Shown piece by piece: positions 22,801 to 33,184 of a stretch of DNA of 64,000 nucleotides. Within the stretch, counting starts at the first letter, position 1, and every line of letters starts with the position of its first letter. Location: positions 1 to 64,000 of the IMG/VR virus record IMGVR_UViG_3300027754_000034; one strand, written 5' to 3'. Position numbers and translations under genes: made by a program. Under the pieces are notes generated by a model, which ran no database searches, was not told where the DNA came from, and worked only from the letters and a program-made list of their open reading frames with translations.

Positions 22801-25157
22801 TAAGTAATGAGATCGACTACATCATTACTGATGGCGGATCAATAACCCTGAGAAATAACCTGGAATATGGGCAAACATTAGAATGTTCATATGTTGCTCG
22901 TCAGTACATTCCATCCGACACACGATTCGAGTTTAATTATTCCTATGCGATTGCTCCTGACGAAAGCAGCAATGGCCTTTTAGGCCAGGCTTTATTATCG
23001 AATTATAATTTATACTCCCCTGATTCATTTTTCTTTAGAGCCGAAACATTCAAGTCATATATACCCGAGTTAGCTGATGCTTTATCTACTCCGACCACTT
23101 CTACCACTTCCGGGCCAGTATTCAGTAATTTTGGATCTATACGTAATAAGGACTTCGGCATTCCATCATTATACTTTGATGAGACAAGATACCAAAACCT
23201 GGATACTGTAACTAAACGGTTATTACTATTCTATAATAATTTCACAAATTATTATGAAGACCTTCTATCAAATTATGACGGTCGTGTAGTGGGAGGTACA
23301 GACGGTAAATTCAAGTATAATCTTACTTCCCAGCAAGTACAAAAATACTCAGATATCAATAATGATATAGATGACAGTGTTTTATTGTATCACGAATTTG
23401 GGCTAATTAGTTTTATTCCTCCGGAAATTGGGATTTATCCTGTATATGGATTCATGTGGGAGTCTAATAAGTACTCTCGATTGTTCAGCACAGTTATAAA
23501 TAAAAACTTTGTAGTCAATGACAAGGCGCCGCCCGACCTTATTGAAAACCTATTTTCCATCATGGGAAATGTAGGCGTAAAAAATATAGAATCCATGAGC
23601 GTAATAAGGTATGCTCTAGCTATTGAGTCATTTAAAAGAATTAATTTCAATACTGTTAGAATAGAAAAGAATGGTGACCCCAAAACACTTACGCCGCCAT
23701 TTAAAGTAGGACAACCAGTTTTTATTTATGAAAATAATGGTACCATATTAAATCAAAGTGACCCTATTTACATATCTAAAATAGAACAAGACCCTAATGG
23801 ATTTTATCTTGTTTCTTTTTTAAACATTCCAATACCAATCAATATCCCCCTATATGGCGGAATGGCCAAAAACGGTAAAGCCATTGATAATCAAGGAGAA
23901 AACGTAATATACTTCGATAACATCGATGTCTATACTGATTTTAGCACGGGGGAACTGACAAATATCACGATTGAAGTTCCATTCGTAAATCCATTGGAAT
24001 TTCAGAGGGCATTCGTCGCGAATTCCGTTTTAAATACGACGGTTACTTACAATAATAATAGAACATCTCCTCAGAGGATTCCAGTATTAAAAGGGTCTAT
24101 TTACAACGATGATGGTCTACCAAGTAATCCTCCACTAAGAAGAGACAGCGAAATTCTACTATTACAAGATGAACTTGAATTCTGGGCAAGCGTTTTAATT
24201 CATGGCGGTAAGGTGGGTCCTACAGGTCCAGGGTCTTTGGATATAATATTTGATAGTAATTTAAATGTGAATGTCGGAGATGTGGTCGTCTTTTTAAATG
24301 GTCCGAACCTAGGACAAGAAAGGCTAGTAATACAAATAATAGACCCCAGCAGGTTTAGGGTTAACTCGGCTTTTGCTAATTCTACTGTATCTCAAAGCAT
24401 AATAGAAAAGGTGAGTGTTGTAATACAGCACAAAAGTATACTCTCGAAAGAATTAGATATAATAAAAAACAATGCTGATGTAAAAGCAGTCGCTCCAGCT
24501 TTGATCGGTTTGGTAAACTCAGAAATAACGTGCCTAGACTCGATCATTAACGAAATGGGGGAGACTGTCTATGAAGGAAGTGGTTTGACAACGTTAAACA
24601 CTATCACGGACACCAGCAAAATATTTGAAAACTTAGAAAACTCATATGTTTGGGTAACCGAAGGAAGTAATTATGGTTTATATCAGATAGATTCGTTTTT
24701 GAATGATACTGTTACTATTATCACGGAAAAACCATTTTATGCTTTCACCCAGCCTATTGTTACAAAATATAAAGTCATTAAGCTGTTCGGTTGGTTATCT
24801 ACCTTGGGTCCTGAATTCTTAGCTCCGTGTTACAAATCGACTAATAAATTCTATGAGGAGACTAAGGAATGGTACGAAACCAATAGTTGGGGCGACATAA
24901 CGGAAAGAGTAAACAATGTATCCAAAAGACAACTAGAGCTATTCGAAAATCTCGATAGAATTTCTCAGATAATGAATTCAGGGGATTCATTATATAACCG
25001 GAGGTACTTATGGATTCAACAGAGAACGGATCGTCTGGACGGGTGGATTCCTCTTCGGAATCAAGCGATAAACAAGAGAATAGCGGACACGGCCAAGCTG
25101 GTGAACAATCAAGTGAGGATATCAACAGTCAATGCTCTGAGAAGTCTGGGTCAGTAA
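19857..25157 (+). CDS. Very large baseplate-associated structural protein (about 1766 aa)
   Basis: Long ORF (track start TTG 19848; ATG 19857 preferred) with repeated beta-sandwich motifs (VEINRETGELNF, YSLDIGAGLVTF, YSIIPELGQITL) and helical C-terminus. Confidence 0.75.
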   Translation: MSFDTSGAVLEGVRLSQSVNTLVLPPRTLVQPQDTHDFNKISQRAEYCIFVTGQSKDADGIYINDPNLKFRWTRNDSIFRFSYDNVSRRWFPAPGSSPTRLGVISNENRLTAPIPVDNGVSNYQVYVSVPRVYEFQYVLVLSFSNPPPGTVEINRETGELNFSEQDISNPDLANQIVYISRQSFFNRARFNGNIITINSDGSYEAFLNPIPTSGEYPLLRIGYTEYLVSISYPNESSMPVPTSSGIINYALDTGRAFIYDSEANSGETIFYDGVINGETSANQYQLAVIPDTSPFLPLSIYIGQSTDFINLDDTTRFLFWGSRSEKDYYLNVSVVDENPTFTDSGTIEINKVNGNVYMNSYDCDRLKGSFLRYLDSYLEIENGITFQIFRSGANETGFVNSYDFFEYYKITNSVMSDNISGSPFLFLPSRPIDDSYLSYRVTDAPGSSGTFSGSLKKAENPEDLGLGYKVDFSTKTLSFSKRVEENKTVGVTTNILKLKYAALIPGGFEIKKNNEPLDSSDYSLDIGAGLVTFLESVGENDELNAFDVLGHAQGDTFTSFSFQFNALYVNKYILVSIGENVGFYRIKDFINGNTIRVEGLFPKDENVTVDIKSTKEIICDRVWTSINPRMKLFTLEKKNPDTGEYEYHDQSNYSIIPELGQITLNETPDPNDVFRANYLWINSPIEGINRNVSELNVKVTKEEKIEILASKIRLEKASYVKGKNYVSINQDNKSIVPLKGFRVIADGITVPASQIRFINNNSIFLGIILENQEIYVDYWIEENTGGSRVFTLINTPIDIDIPEFIPDNDNKILVINEDFTGIIKPGSAICVQDTNIYIVEASVYDSLKDTTSIVFESPIQVSYKGIFKTCDPVSLNQVTQASKTCPKGSNSVIISGSVDVKENYLIKINDFPFIVITSSYDIKKDVTSISFKSVLPVNAIIPSIFISLGPVVDPKPDFSTRKSAVFPSPFTLLRGGVNPRVLSNEIDYIITDGGSITLRNNLEYGQTLECSYVARQYIPSDTRFEFNYSYAIAPDESSNGLLGQALLSNYNLYSPDSFFFRAETFKSYIPELADALSTPTTSTTSGPVFSNFGSIRNKDFGIPSLYFDETRYQNLDTVTKRLLLFYNNFTNYYEDLLSNYDGRVVGGTDGKFKYNLTSQQVQKYSDINNDIDDSVLLYHEFGLISFIPPEIGIYPVYGFMWESNKYSRLFSTVINKNFVVNDKAPPDLIENLFSIMGNVGVKNIESMSVIRYALAIESFKRINFNTVRIEKNGDPKTLTPPFKVGQPVFIYENNGTILNQSDPIYISKIEQDPNGFYLVSFLNIPIPINIPLYGGMAKNGKAIDNQGENVIYFDNIDVYTDFSTGELTNITIEVPFVNPLEFQRAFVANSVLNTTVTYNNNRTSPQRIPVLKGSIYNDDGLPSNPPLRRDSEILLLQDELEFWASVLIHGGKVGPTGPGSLDIIFDSNLNVNVGDVVVFLNGPNLGQERLVIQIIDPSRFRVNSAFANSTVSQSIIEKVSVVIQHKSILSKELDIIKNNADVKAVAPALIGLVNSEITCLDSIINEMGETVYEGSGLTTLNTITDTSKIFENLENSYVWVTEGSNYGLYQIDSFLNDTVTIITEKPFYAFTQPIVTKYKVIKLFGWLSTLGPEFLAPCYKSTNKFYEETKEWYETNSWGDITERVNNVSKRQLELFENLDRISQIMNSGDSLYNRRYLWIQQRTDRLDGWIPLRNQAINKRIADTAKLVNNQVRISTVNALRSLGQ

Positions 25158-25306
25158 AATGGCAAAATAACGTTCAGGCAAATTTTAGAAATGTCACGGC
25201 TCCACTTGAATATATTAAAACCCTTTTGGAAGTGGCTATTCAAATGCATAAGAAAGAACTAATGGGTATGCAGGAGAAAACTAAACAATATAAGAATAAT
25301 GGATAA
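25010..25306 (+). CDS. Small coiled-coil protein overlapping the upstream gene by 148 nt
   Basis: GGAGGT lies 4 nt before ATG 25010; the C-half (KWQNNVQANFR...KKELMGMQEKTK) fills the otherwise empty 25158-25311 gap. Confidence 0.55.
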   Translation: MDSTENGSSGRVDSSSESSDKQENSGHGQAGEQSSEDINSQCSEKSGSVKWQNNVQANFRNVTAPLEYIKTLLEVAIQMHKKELMGMQEKTKQYKNNG

Positions 25307-25311
25307 TTACG

Positions 25312-27699
25312 ATGAGCGAAAATAATGCAGAATGGGAAAAAGTAAACCTTAAACTTCTCCCACTTGATGCTTTAAAACCCCCACTTGTAGTTGCCTTAGT
25401 AGCTTTACAATTTGTCGAGTCATTATTAGAAATCGCTCTCTTAGTAATTAAAGCGGTGGGTCTTTTTCTCATTAATCCGCTTGTAGCACTAATAGCACTT
25501 ATTCTTGCCGCTGTCAGATTGATCATAAACCAGCTTAGAGCCACAGGATTCTCGTTTTTACTGATAATCCCAGATTTTCAAAGGGGAGACGTAGCAGGAA
25601 TCTTAAACTCAGTATCTGGCGGATTTAGCGGTTTTGAACGAAAAATAGTTTATAAAATGAGGGATAAATCAGATCTATATAGACCTGCTTATCCGGAAGG
25701 CAGCGTCGTAGCATGTGTCATCGGGTTTTTTAGTGTATCTAACGCTTATCAGTTATACTTGATCATAAAAAAGATCCTAGATATGTTCTTCGGGGCTGCT
25801 CCATTTACTTCTTTAGTTCCGTCTCCGGTCAACCTCAAGGTAAATCTTACTGCTGATTCAAATGATCCTTACTCTGCTATTTTAGATGTTAGAGACAGTG
25901 CTTTAAGGTTAGCTAACACAATTAAAAAAATAAGCAAAGATCAATTACGACCTTCTTTAATGTTGTCTTGGTCCATGTCTTCAAATCCTGGAGGGTCAAA
26001 TGCTCCCGGATTCATGAATTCATTGGTTAGTGCATATTTAGCATTCCGCTTACCTGGATTCATTATTGAAAGGAGTGAATTGCCAAAAGGGAAAGAAGTT
26101 AAAATACAAATAGAAACAGACATAAATGGTACTCTCATTGAAGATATTCAAAAAGAGTATGGGATCCCAACCAACCCTACTTTTAAACTATTGAGAGAAC
26201 CAGATGGTAGTACCTCATATAGACTTTTTGAAAAGCGAACATTCTTTGATACAGGGGATGTAGGAAGCAACATACTTGATACTTTCTCTAATACATATAG
26301 ATATCTAGATAAAAACGTCGATTATGGAAAGACTTACTACTACAGAGTAAGAGCTGTTTTTGGGGACCCGTCAGATTATTGCGAGGCTAGTGAAGATGCT
26401 ATTAGAGAGGAAAATTCTGAATTCGTAGAAGTAAAAAATAACATACCGAGAATAAATTATTCAGGAAATGGCGATGATGTGATTGTAGGCTCTTATAGCC
26501 GAGTAGTATCAAGCACTGTTCCTCAAAACATAGACGGATGGGATCCTTATACAGATATTTTTAACGCCACGATGGCGGGATTTTTGTTAAATTTCGAAAT
26601 TCCTGCTATTCCTGCCTCGGATGATGCATTTAAACGAAGACAGACCACTGGGTGGGGGACTCTTGATTACGTAGGTTCGCAATTAGCAATTTATAAGTTA
26701 CTGAAAAATGACTCTAATAAGTTCAAGAACTTTCTTCCAGTAATAATGGTAGTAAGAAAATTATTGAATCTTGTTATTAATAGTATTCTTTCCAATGCAA
26801 ATCTAAGCGCAGATTTACAGACACAGTATGAATTAGTCAGGGATGATGTAGAAAGATTACTTGGTAATCCCAAATCTATTCAAGGATTCGATCCAATAGG
26901 GATTACTTGGACATTTCCTAAATACAAAAAGAATCCCTTTAGTAATACAATAACACCATCTTCTCTAGCGACTATTGATTCATATCTATCTAAAGAGTTA
27001 TCATATAAAAAGGGTCAAAGGAATCTAAACGGACCTTATCCAGTAGGCCCCTGGTCTACCAAAACTAATGATATAACTTATACTTCATTCGATGATAACA
27101 AGCGAGCAATACTAGGAGAATTATTAAGCTCGGTCTATTCATGTCTTACTGTGACAACTGGTTATCTTAGGTGGTACGGGGTCACTCTAGGTGAGCTTTT
27201 TGGCCCTCTGATGCGCTTCTTAATGGCTCTTAACCAATTCATTAATTCCATTCTAAAAGCCTTAAGAGGAGCCCTCCAAGAAGCAGAAAAGATTATTCGT
27301 AATATAATGGATAAGATCAGGAGATTAGAAGAATTAGTGAAAGCTATCATAGCGTTAATCAATTTATTGAACTTAGATTTTACCCTTGGTATATTGGCAT
27401 ATGGCACTACAGGCGGAGGAGTAGAATCTTTAATCACTAGGATCACCACTGCTGAGAATAAGCCAATAACTAGTCCCAGTGATTTACACTCTGGATTCGT
27501 TTTAACTGCTGGAACAGTAGGAAAGGGAGCCATTGATGCGATAAACGCCATATTGACCATAATTGGCGTAGGTGCCATTGATACTGGCGAGGGTGAACCC
27601 ACTGATTCACCCTCGGATCTTCAGGGGGCGAATCAGGTCATTATCCCTCAAATACCGGGCGTTACTATTCCTAAACCTTCTGGAAATCAAGGTAGCTGA
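25312..27699 (+). CDS. Structural protein with hydrophobic N-terminal helices, FN3-like domain and C-terminal coiled coil
   Basis: N-terminal LVVALVALQFVESLLEIALLVIKAVGLFLINPLVALIALILAAV; PSPVNLKV...LMLSW...YLDKNVDYGKTYYYRVRAV (FN3 signature). Confidence 0.7.
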   Translation: MSENNAEWEKVNLKLLPLDALKPPLVVALVALQFVESLLEIALLVIKAVGLFLINPLVALIALILAAVRLIINQLRATGFSFLLIIPDFQRGDVAGILNSVSGGFSGFERKIVYKMRDKSDLYRPAYPEGSVVACVIGFFSVSNAYQLYLIIKKILDMFFGAAPFTSLVPSPVNLKVNLTADSNDPYSAILDVRDSALRLANTIKKISKDQLRPSLMLSWSMSSNPGGSNAPGFMNSLVSAYLAFRLPGFIIERSELPKGKEVKIQIETDINGTLIEDIQKEYGIPTNPTFKLLREPDGSTSYRLFEKRTFFDTGDVGSNILDTFSNTYRYLDKNVDYGKTYYYRVRAVFGDPSDYCEASEDAIREENSEFVEVKNNIPRINYSGNGDDVIVGSYSRVVSSTVPQNIDGWDPYTDIFNATMAGFLLNFEIPAIPASDDAFKRRQTTGWGTLDYVGSQLAIYKLLKNDSNKFKNFLPVIMVVRKLLNLVINSILSNANLSADLQTQYELVRDDVERLLGNPKSIQGFDPIGITWTFPKYKKNPFSNTITPSSLATIDSYLSKELSYKKGQRNLNGPYPVGPWSTKTNDITYTSFDDNKRAILGELLSSVYSCLTVTTGYLRWYGVTLGELFGPLMRFLMALNQFINSILKALRGALQEAEKIIRNIMDKIRRLEELVKAIIALINLLNLDFTLGILAYGTTGGGVESLITRITTAENKPITSPSDLHSGFVLTAGTVGKGAIDAINAILTIIGVGAIDTGEGEPTDSPSDLQGANQVIIPQIPGVTIPKPSGNQGS

Positions 27700-27709
27700 G
27701 TGAATAATC

Positions 27710-28483
27710 ATGGCATTTAATTTTTATGGAGTTTTCACCACCGGTCAATTTGACAAATTCTATTATTTTTCAAAAATACAAGAGCAGGACCTAAAGAATA
27801 GAGTAGCTTATTTAGAAAAAAGACTGTCTCAGGTTGGAACAATAGAAACCAATTATGATCCTGTAACCAATTATCCTGTTCAGTATGAGCCTGATATTCC
27901 TTATTCTTACCTTTATAAGTTATTCGTGGCCTACAAGGCCTTAGGGGGAAATCCTGAAGAAGATTTTTTGATTCGTAAAAGAGATTTGCCTGTATTCCTG
28001 AAACCAGGCGAAGATTTAACTAACGACATATACGATTTAACAGGCGGCGATTCCAAAGAATTTAGTAATGGAAGGTTTAACCGAATGGGAAATATTCGTG
28101 CTGATAGGCCAATGGGTATTCAGACAGAAAGAATGAAGCATTGGCAGCTTGAGGTGATAAAATACAAAAGAGAATATCTGGAATATAAAATCAAAAGGGC
28201 TTTAGATCTTAGTGATGAAATATCTGAAGAATTAAAATTATTAAAATTAATGGTAGATGAAAATGAACCTAGTCGTAGTTTAGACGGGATAGTTTCAGAA
28301 GTATCAAATCTGGCGTTTTCTAGAGGGGCCATGTTCGTCATTCAAGATATGAATGATATTTGGGGTCTTAAGATAGGACCAATTACCGATGTCATGAATC
28401 AACAAGATCTTGAGAATTACCAAGCATTTGGGGAAAGATTGCCTGGTGGTTCTACTGATCAGACCCTTACTACGGATATCTAG
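27710..28483 (+). CDS. Hypothetical baseplate-region protein
   Basis: 257-aa ORF in the operon with coiled-coil segments. Confidence 0.75.
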   Translation: MAFNFYGVFTTGQFDKFYYFSKIQEQDLKNRVAYLEKRLSQVGTIETNYDPVTNYPVQYEPDIPYSYLYKLFVAYKALGGNPEEDFLIRKRDLPVFLKPGEDLTNDIYDLTGGDSKEFSNGRFNRMGNIRADRPMGIQTERMKHWQLEVIKYKREYLEYKIKRALDLSDEISEELKLLKLMVDENEPSRSLDGIVSEVSNLAFSRGAMFVIQDMNDIWGLKIGPITDVMNQQDLENYQAFGERLPGGSTDQTLTTDI

Positions 28484-28516
28484 TTTTAGACTTCCTAATG
28501 CATTTTAATTTTAGAT

Positions 28517-29701
28517 ATGAGTTATGATTTTTATATAGACAAGGTATGTCCTCATACCATTGTAGATGAATTGGGAGTCTTAAGTGACTTCGATGCGGCT
28601 TTGCCGTCGAAGATATCATTCCCACTTTCTAGACCGCCATCAAATTTTTCAGTAAAAATAAACGTGGATGGTGTTGATATTCCACCATCAGGGCTCTATA
28701 CTAAGGCTGTAGCCATATTCAATAAGGTAGATCCTTATCGAATAATCTCCAATGTTAATGACCTAATATTATTCCGTATGAATAATGAACCTGTTAGGAC
28801 TATTCAGCTTCCTGCTGGGAATGCAGTTTCTGCGAAGACTTTAGCTAAGTTCTTGAGCCGAATTATTCCTGACCTGAACATAGAAGCTGAAAATGGGAAA
28901 GTAGTATTTAGTTCTCAGTCACCATACAATGGTATTTTATTTAGTTTCCCGGACCCTAGGTGGACTGATAAGGTGTCCGCCCTCATAAGTACTTCTAGAA
29001 TAATGGCTGCTTACAAGACTTTGGGACTTAATCCAGGAAAGTGCGGTATTGGTAGAAAAATATTTAGTGGGTATTCGGTAAAACTTAATCAATATACATT
29101 CGTAGAACAGTATATTGTAGAATTTGATGATCCAGTCTACAATAGTAAACCAGTAGTATTTGTTACATATCAGACTATTGCCCCATATTGCCCCAGATGC
29201 CTAGGTAGCCGAGTTGAATATGACTATTCAATATACAATGGTTCGTATAATACGGTCCGTAATACTGATTTACTAATTCAAGAATTCAGCAAGTTTCTAT
29301 TTACCATTAAGGGGACGCACTGGAAGTGGCCATGGATAGGGTCTAATCTATCTAGTAGAATAGGAGCTAAGGGAAATACTGGGCTTGGGTTAGCTTCTAC
29401 GTTTGTTCAGATGGATATAGAGAATGCATTTTCAGTATATCAGAACATAAAGAAGCAGCAATTGTTGAACTTCCCCGGACAAAATGTTACAGATGCGGAA
29501 TATCCGATTAGTCTCATGGATACGAAAGTCGAAAATAAGAATGACCCGACCATATTCTACGCTAATTTTACCGTCATGAGTAAATCTACAGAGCCTGTTC
29601 AGATAACCAGACAGTTATCTGAACCTGACATATATCAAATTACGACCAGTCCCGGAGCTGTTTTACAACAAGCGGCAAGAGGATTTCAGCAGGTATTATG
29701 A
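28517..29701 (+). CDS. gp25-like baseplate wedge / sheath initiator with N-terminal extension
   Basis: C-terminal LLIQEFSKFLFTIKGTHWKWPWIGSNLSSRIG resembles the gp25/GpW pattern; directly precedes baseplate J; also has CPH and CPRC. Confidence 0.65.
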   Translation: MSYDFYIDKVCPHTIVDELGVLSDFDAALPSKISFPLSRPPSNFSVKINVDGVDIPPSGLYTKAVAIFNKVDPYRIISNVNDLILFRMNNEPVRTIQLPAGNAVSAKTLAKFLSRIIPDLNIEAENGKVVFSSQSPYNGILFSFPDPRWTDKVSALISTSRIMAAYKTLGLNPGKCGIGRKIFSGYSVKLNQYTFVEQYIVEFDDPVYNSKPVVFVTYQTIAPYCPRCLGSRVEYDYSIYNGSYNTVRNTDLLIQEFSKFLFTIKGTHWKWPWIGSNLSSRIGAKGNTGLGLASTFVQMDIENAFSVYQNIKKQQLLNFPGQNVTDAEYPISLMDTKVENKNDPTIFYANFTVMSKSTEPVQITRQLSEPDIYQITTSPGAVLQQAARGFQQVL

Positions 29702-29730
29702 GATGAGGTGTTAATTGATTAAGGAAATAA

Positions 29731-32700
29731 ATGGCCACTGCACCCAGACTTAACTATTTCGATAATTCGGGTACGACTGTTAATTTGGTGGTATATACTA
29801 ATACTTCTAGTATATACTTAACTGGCGCTCTGGACGCAGATACTGTCGATGTTCAAATTAGTATCAATGGCAGTGGGTTCATATCCGATCCTACGCTCAT
29901 AGGACTAAATTTACCTAATTTTTCTGTTCCGAATTTGAATAGCTTTCCTGCTGGACTACAGTTAGAAGCAGGTCTTAATACCATAGAGTTAAGAGCAGTC
30001 GACATATCAGGTAGTGTTAGCCCAGTCACTATAGCGAGTATAACAGTATCCACAGAGTACAACGTAACACTCATAGAAGCTTCGCCAACAGGCGTTGTGA
30101 TGAATAGATTTAGTGATTATGTCGAGATAGGATGGACTCTTGCTCAAGATATTGGATTTTATACTCCGACTCCCATATCTGGATATAATGTATATGCTAG
30201 TACAGGCCCAGGAGGCACTGGTTCAGGATACTTGAGACTTAATACCCAACTCATTCCAGTAGATAATCCCTCTGAATACACGGAGTCTGAAATCGATACT
30301 AGAGAGGTATCCTACGATTTTCCGTTTTCGGAACAAGATGTGGCTCAAAGTCTTTCCATAAAATTTGATAAGGTTTCATCCAGCGATTATCAATTTAGAG
30401 AGAGATTGTATGAAAATGTTTACCCCCTGTTACTTTCCCCTAACTACAGAGTAAAACTAACCTTTTCTCGTTTAGAACAGACTAGAAGGTTTAAGTTCCG
30501 ACATAATAGAAATGATGATTTATCCTCTGGAGTTCTGAATAACGACACATTCGGGTTCATCCTCCCTTATATTCCTATTTATTATGTCGTTACGGCAGTT
30601 TATGTAGATAATGAAAGAAACACGATGGTTGAGAGCAGATATTCAGAGGAATTAGTGGGGTCCCCGCTTCCAATGGATATAAATGTCCGGGGACTTAGGA
30701 TTAGAGACCAATCCGTCGTAGCGCAGGAGTATATTAAAACTCTTCAGTCTGTGGCTCCTGAACTGTCTTTAATACCCGGATCAACCATTAGAGAAGTTCA
30801 TATTGAACCATTTTCTAATGAAATCCAAAAGTCGTACTTTTTGATGGACTTTGTTAATAGAGCAAAATCTTTTCCCGCCCTACTAGCCATTGATGACCCG
30901 TCAAATTCTAACTTTAGCATTCCTGTGGCTAACTCGCAGTATAAGTCGAACCTGAAAACTGCGTTATCAGTTCCTACAGATACCACAGTACAAGAACTCA
31001 TAAACAATGCCTTCGATTCTCTTGCTAAAAATTTCGGGGTAATTCGTAAGGGTCGTACATTAGCTTCTGTAAATCAAACATTCTATACCACAACCAAACC
31101 TTTAAGAGATCTATATGTAAATCAGGGAACAGTCGTTAGGTCCGGTACTAATCCGGGAGTTCCACGGTTTATGGCTAACGGCCAGGTTGTTTTACCTGCC
31201 GCAAGTGCATCTAGATATTATAATTATGATAAGAAAAGATATGAAATAAAAGTACCTATGATTGCCGAAACAGCTGGTGCTTCAGGCAACGTGCCTGCCG
31301 GGAGCTTAGATTCTATTGTCTCTGGATCTTTTGGACTACTTACAATAAATGAAGAAGCAGCTTTTGGTGGTACCGAAAGCCAGAGTAATTTAGAATTAGC
31401 CACAGAATCATCGCGTGTTCTTGTTTCTTTGGATACGGGTACTGCTGGTGGATATGAAAAACTAGCCGCCAGTATCCCCGGTGTCCAGGATTATGTTTTG
31501 GTAAGTTCAGGTGATGAATATATGATGCGGGATTGGGATCCCGTAAGAATGAAGCACGTCGGTGGAAAAGCAGATATATATGTTAAGGGAACTATAGAAA
31601 GAACCATTAATGAGACGTTTGCTTTTGAATTTAATATAGCTAGAAATGTTAGATTTGATGTAATAGATCCCATAAATTTAGTATTTCGTGCTAGAGATTC
31701 AAGGTTATCTGTAGATAACCCTATTCAGGAAGTGTTATTCAATCCTTCTCAAGATTTAGGACTATTTAACTTTAGCAATTTTCCAACATCTGCCTATGAC
31801 TTGATAGGGGTAGAAATAGTAGATTTTAGGACCATTAGATTAAGCCTTTTGGTTCCTCAACCAGACACTGCTCTCGATGATTTTATAACGGGTAGCTATA
31901 GATATCGCAACAACAATAAATTCACACCATCAGTCCAGCCGGTCATATCTGTATCATCTGTTGTAGGAGAAATAAGTGGTATCATAAGTCCGGGTAATGG
32001 ATATCTATTATATAAAACCCAAGACCCACTAATAGATGGCGAAAGTAGTCTAGCCAATGACTACGTAGAAATAAAACAAGTAGATAATGTGCCTTCTGGT
32101 GATGTAATAATCGTAAATGATGAGACACATGTACTAATCGGCCAAATTGAAGAGGGGTTACTTAACATTGGCATAAACCTGTCTACCATTTTGGTGCTTT
32201 CCGAAGATAGAACTACCATCTTCAATGGTCCAGACACTGAAGACCCTGATTATTCCTTAATGTCAGGCACATCGACAACTGCCATCAGGATAGTAAGAAC
32301 TATCGATTCTAATATTCCTGACGGTTCGGTTGTATCCGTGGATTATGAACATGATGAAAATTTCGAGGTTACGTACACGGTAAATGACCTTCTGACACGT
32401 CTGCAACTTGAAGTAAATAGAATGAAGCACATCACCGCTGATGTGGTAGCCAAGCAAGCTATTGCAAATCCACTAGACATACAAGCAACTATTCAATTGC
32501 GTCCCGGATATGAACAAAGCACTGTAAATAATAACATTAGGACTGGTTATTCTAATCTAATATTATCTAGGGAAATAGGCGAGCCCATTCACGTTTCTGA
32601 CATTACGGCTGTCATTGATAACTCTGATGGTGTAGACTTCGTAGTTCAGCCGTTTGCAAAATTGACTCTCCAGAATGGGGCGCAAAGAGTAAGAGACAGT

Positions 32701-33183
32701 ATACCGAGTTTTAATAATTTTATTCCCTCATTGTCTCGTGGAACTAATGCAGTATATATCTTAACAGATTCGTTCCCATTTGCTACAGTAGATAGTGGTG
32801 GTCCGGAGAACGTACATAAAGACGTATTTAAAGATAACATTGCTATGGCAACTTCACCTACCTTAAATAGGATAGGTGATATAGTAAATCAGGCATATAT
32901 TATTGGGGATGATGGTGCTGTTATAGCTGGATACTCTGATGATTTAACTATTCTTAACTCTGGGTATACTGCAAATCAAATTGACAATGTTAGAATGGAA
33001 CTAACTGCTAATAAAGTAGTGGTGTCTTTGGACTATGGGGTTACACCAGCTGACACTCCCGACTCACATTCATTTAGTGTTAGTTATTTTGTCTACAATG
33101 ACTCTGGAGTTAAGGATATTATTACTTCAAGTGTTGAATACTTAAACCCAGGAAATTTAACGCTTACGTTTAGAAAGGCCTAA
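29731..33183 (+). CDS. Baseplate J-like wedge protein
   Basis: PGSTIREVHIEP, DSLAKNFGVIRK, AETAGASGNVPAG, GGTESQSNLEL, GTAGGYEKLA, IGEPIHVSDITAVI...GVDFV; RBS aagga. Confidence 0.85.
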   Translation: MATAPRLNYFDNSGTTVNLVVYTNTSSIYLTGALDADTVDVQISINGSGFISDPTLIGLNLPNFSVPNLNSFPAGLQLEAGLNTIELRAVDISGSVSPVTIASITVSTEYNVTLIEASPTGVVMNRFSDYVEIGWTLAQDIGFYTPTPISGYNVYASTGPGGTGSGYLRLNTQLIPVDNPSEYTESEIDTREVSYDFPFSEQDVAQSLSIKFDKVSSSDYQFRERLYENVYPLLLSPNYRVKLTFSRLEQTRRFKFRHNRNDDLSSGVLNNDTFGFILPYIPIYYVVTAVYVDNERNTMVESRYSEELVGSPLPMDINVRGLRIRDQSVVAQEYIKTLQSVAPELSLIPGSTIREVHIEPFSNEIQKSYFLMDFVNRAKSFPALLAIDDPSNSNFSIPVANSQYKSNLKTALSVPTDTTVQELINNAFDSLAKNFGVIRKGRTLASVNQTFYTTTKPLRDLYVNQGTVVRSGTNPGVPRFMANGQVVLPAASASRYYNYDKKRYEIKVPMIAETAGASGNVPAGSLDSIVSGSFGLLTINEEAAFGGTESQSNLELATESSRVLVSLDTGTAGGYEKLAASIPGVQDYVLVSSGDEYMMRDWDPVRMKHVGGKADIYVKGTIERTINETFAFEFNIARNVRFDVIDPINLVFRARDSRLSVDNPIQEVLFNPSQDLGLFNFSNFPTSAYDLIGVEIVDFRTIRLSLLVPQPDTALDDFITGSYRYRNNNKFTPSVQPVISVSSVVGEISGIISPGNGYLLYKTQDPLIDGESSLANDYVEIKQVDNVPSGDVIIVNDETHVLIGQIEEGLLNIGINLSTILVLSEDRTTIFNGPDTEDPDYSLMSGTSTTAIRIVRTIDSNIPDGSVVSVDYEHDENFEVTYTVNDLLTRLQLEVNRMKHITADVVAKQAIANPLDIQATIQLRPGYEQSTVNNNIRTGYSNLILSREIGEPIHVSDITAVIDNSDGVDFVVQPFAKLTLQNGAQRVRDSIPSFNNFIPSLSRGTNAVYILTDSFPFATVDSGGPENVHKDVFKDNIAMATSPTLNRIGDIVNQAYIIGDDGAVIAGYSDDLTILNSGYTANQIDNVRMELTANKVVVSLDYGVTPADTPDSHSFSVSYFVYNDSGVKDIITSSVEYLNPGNLTLTFRKA

Positions 33184-33184
33184 A

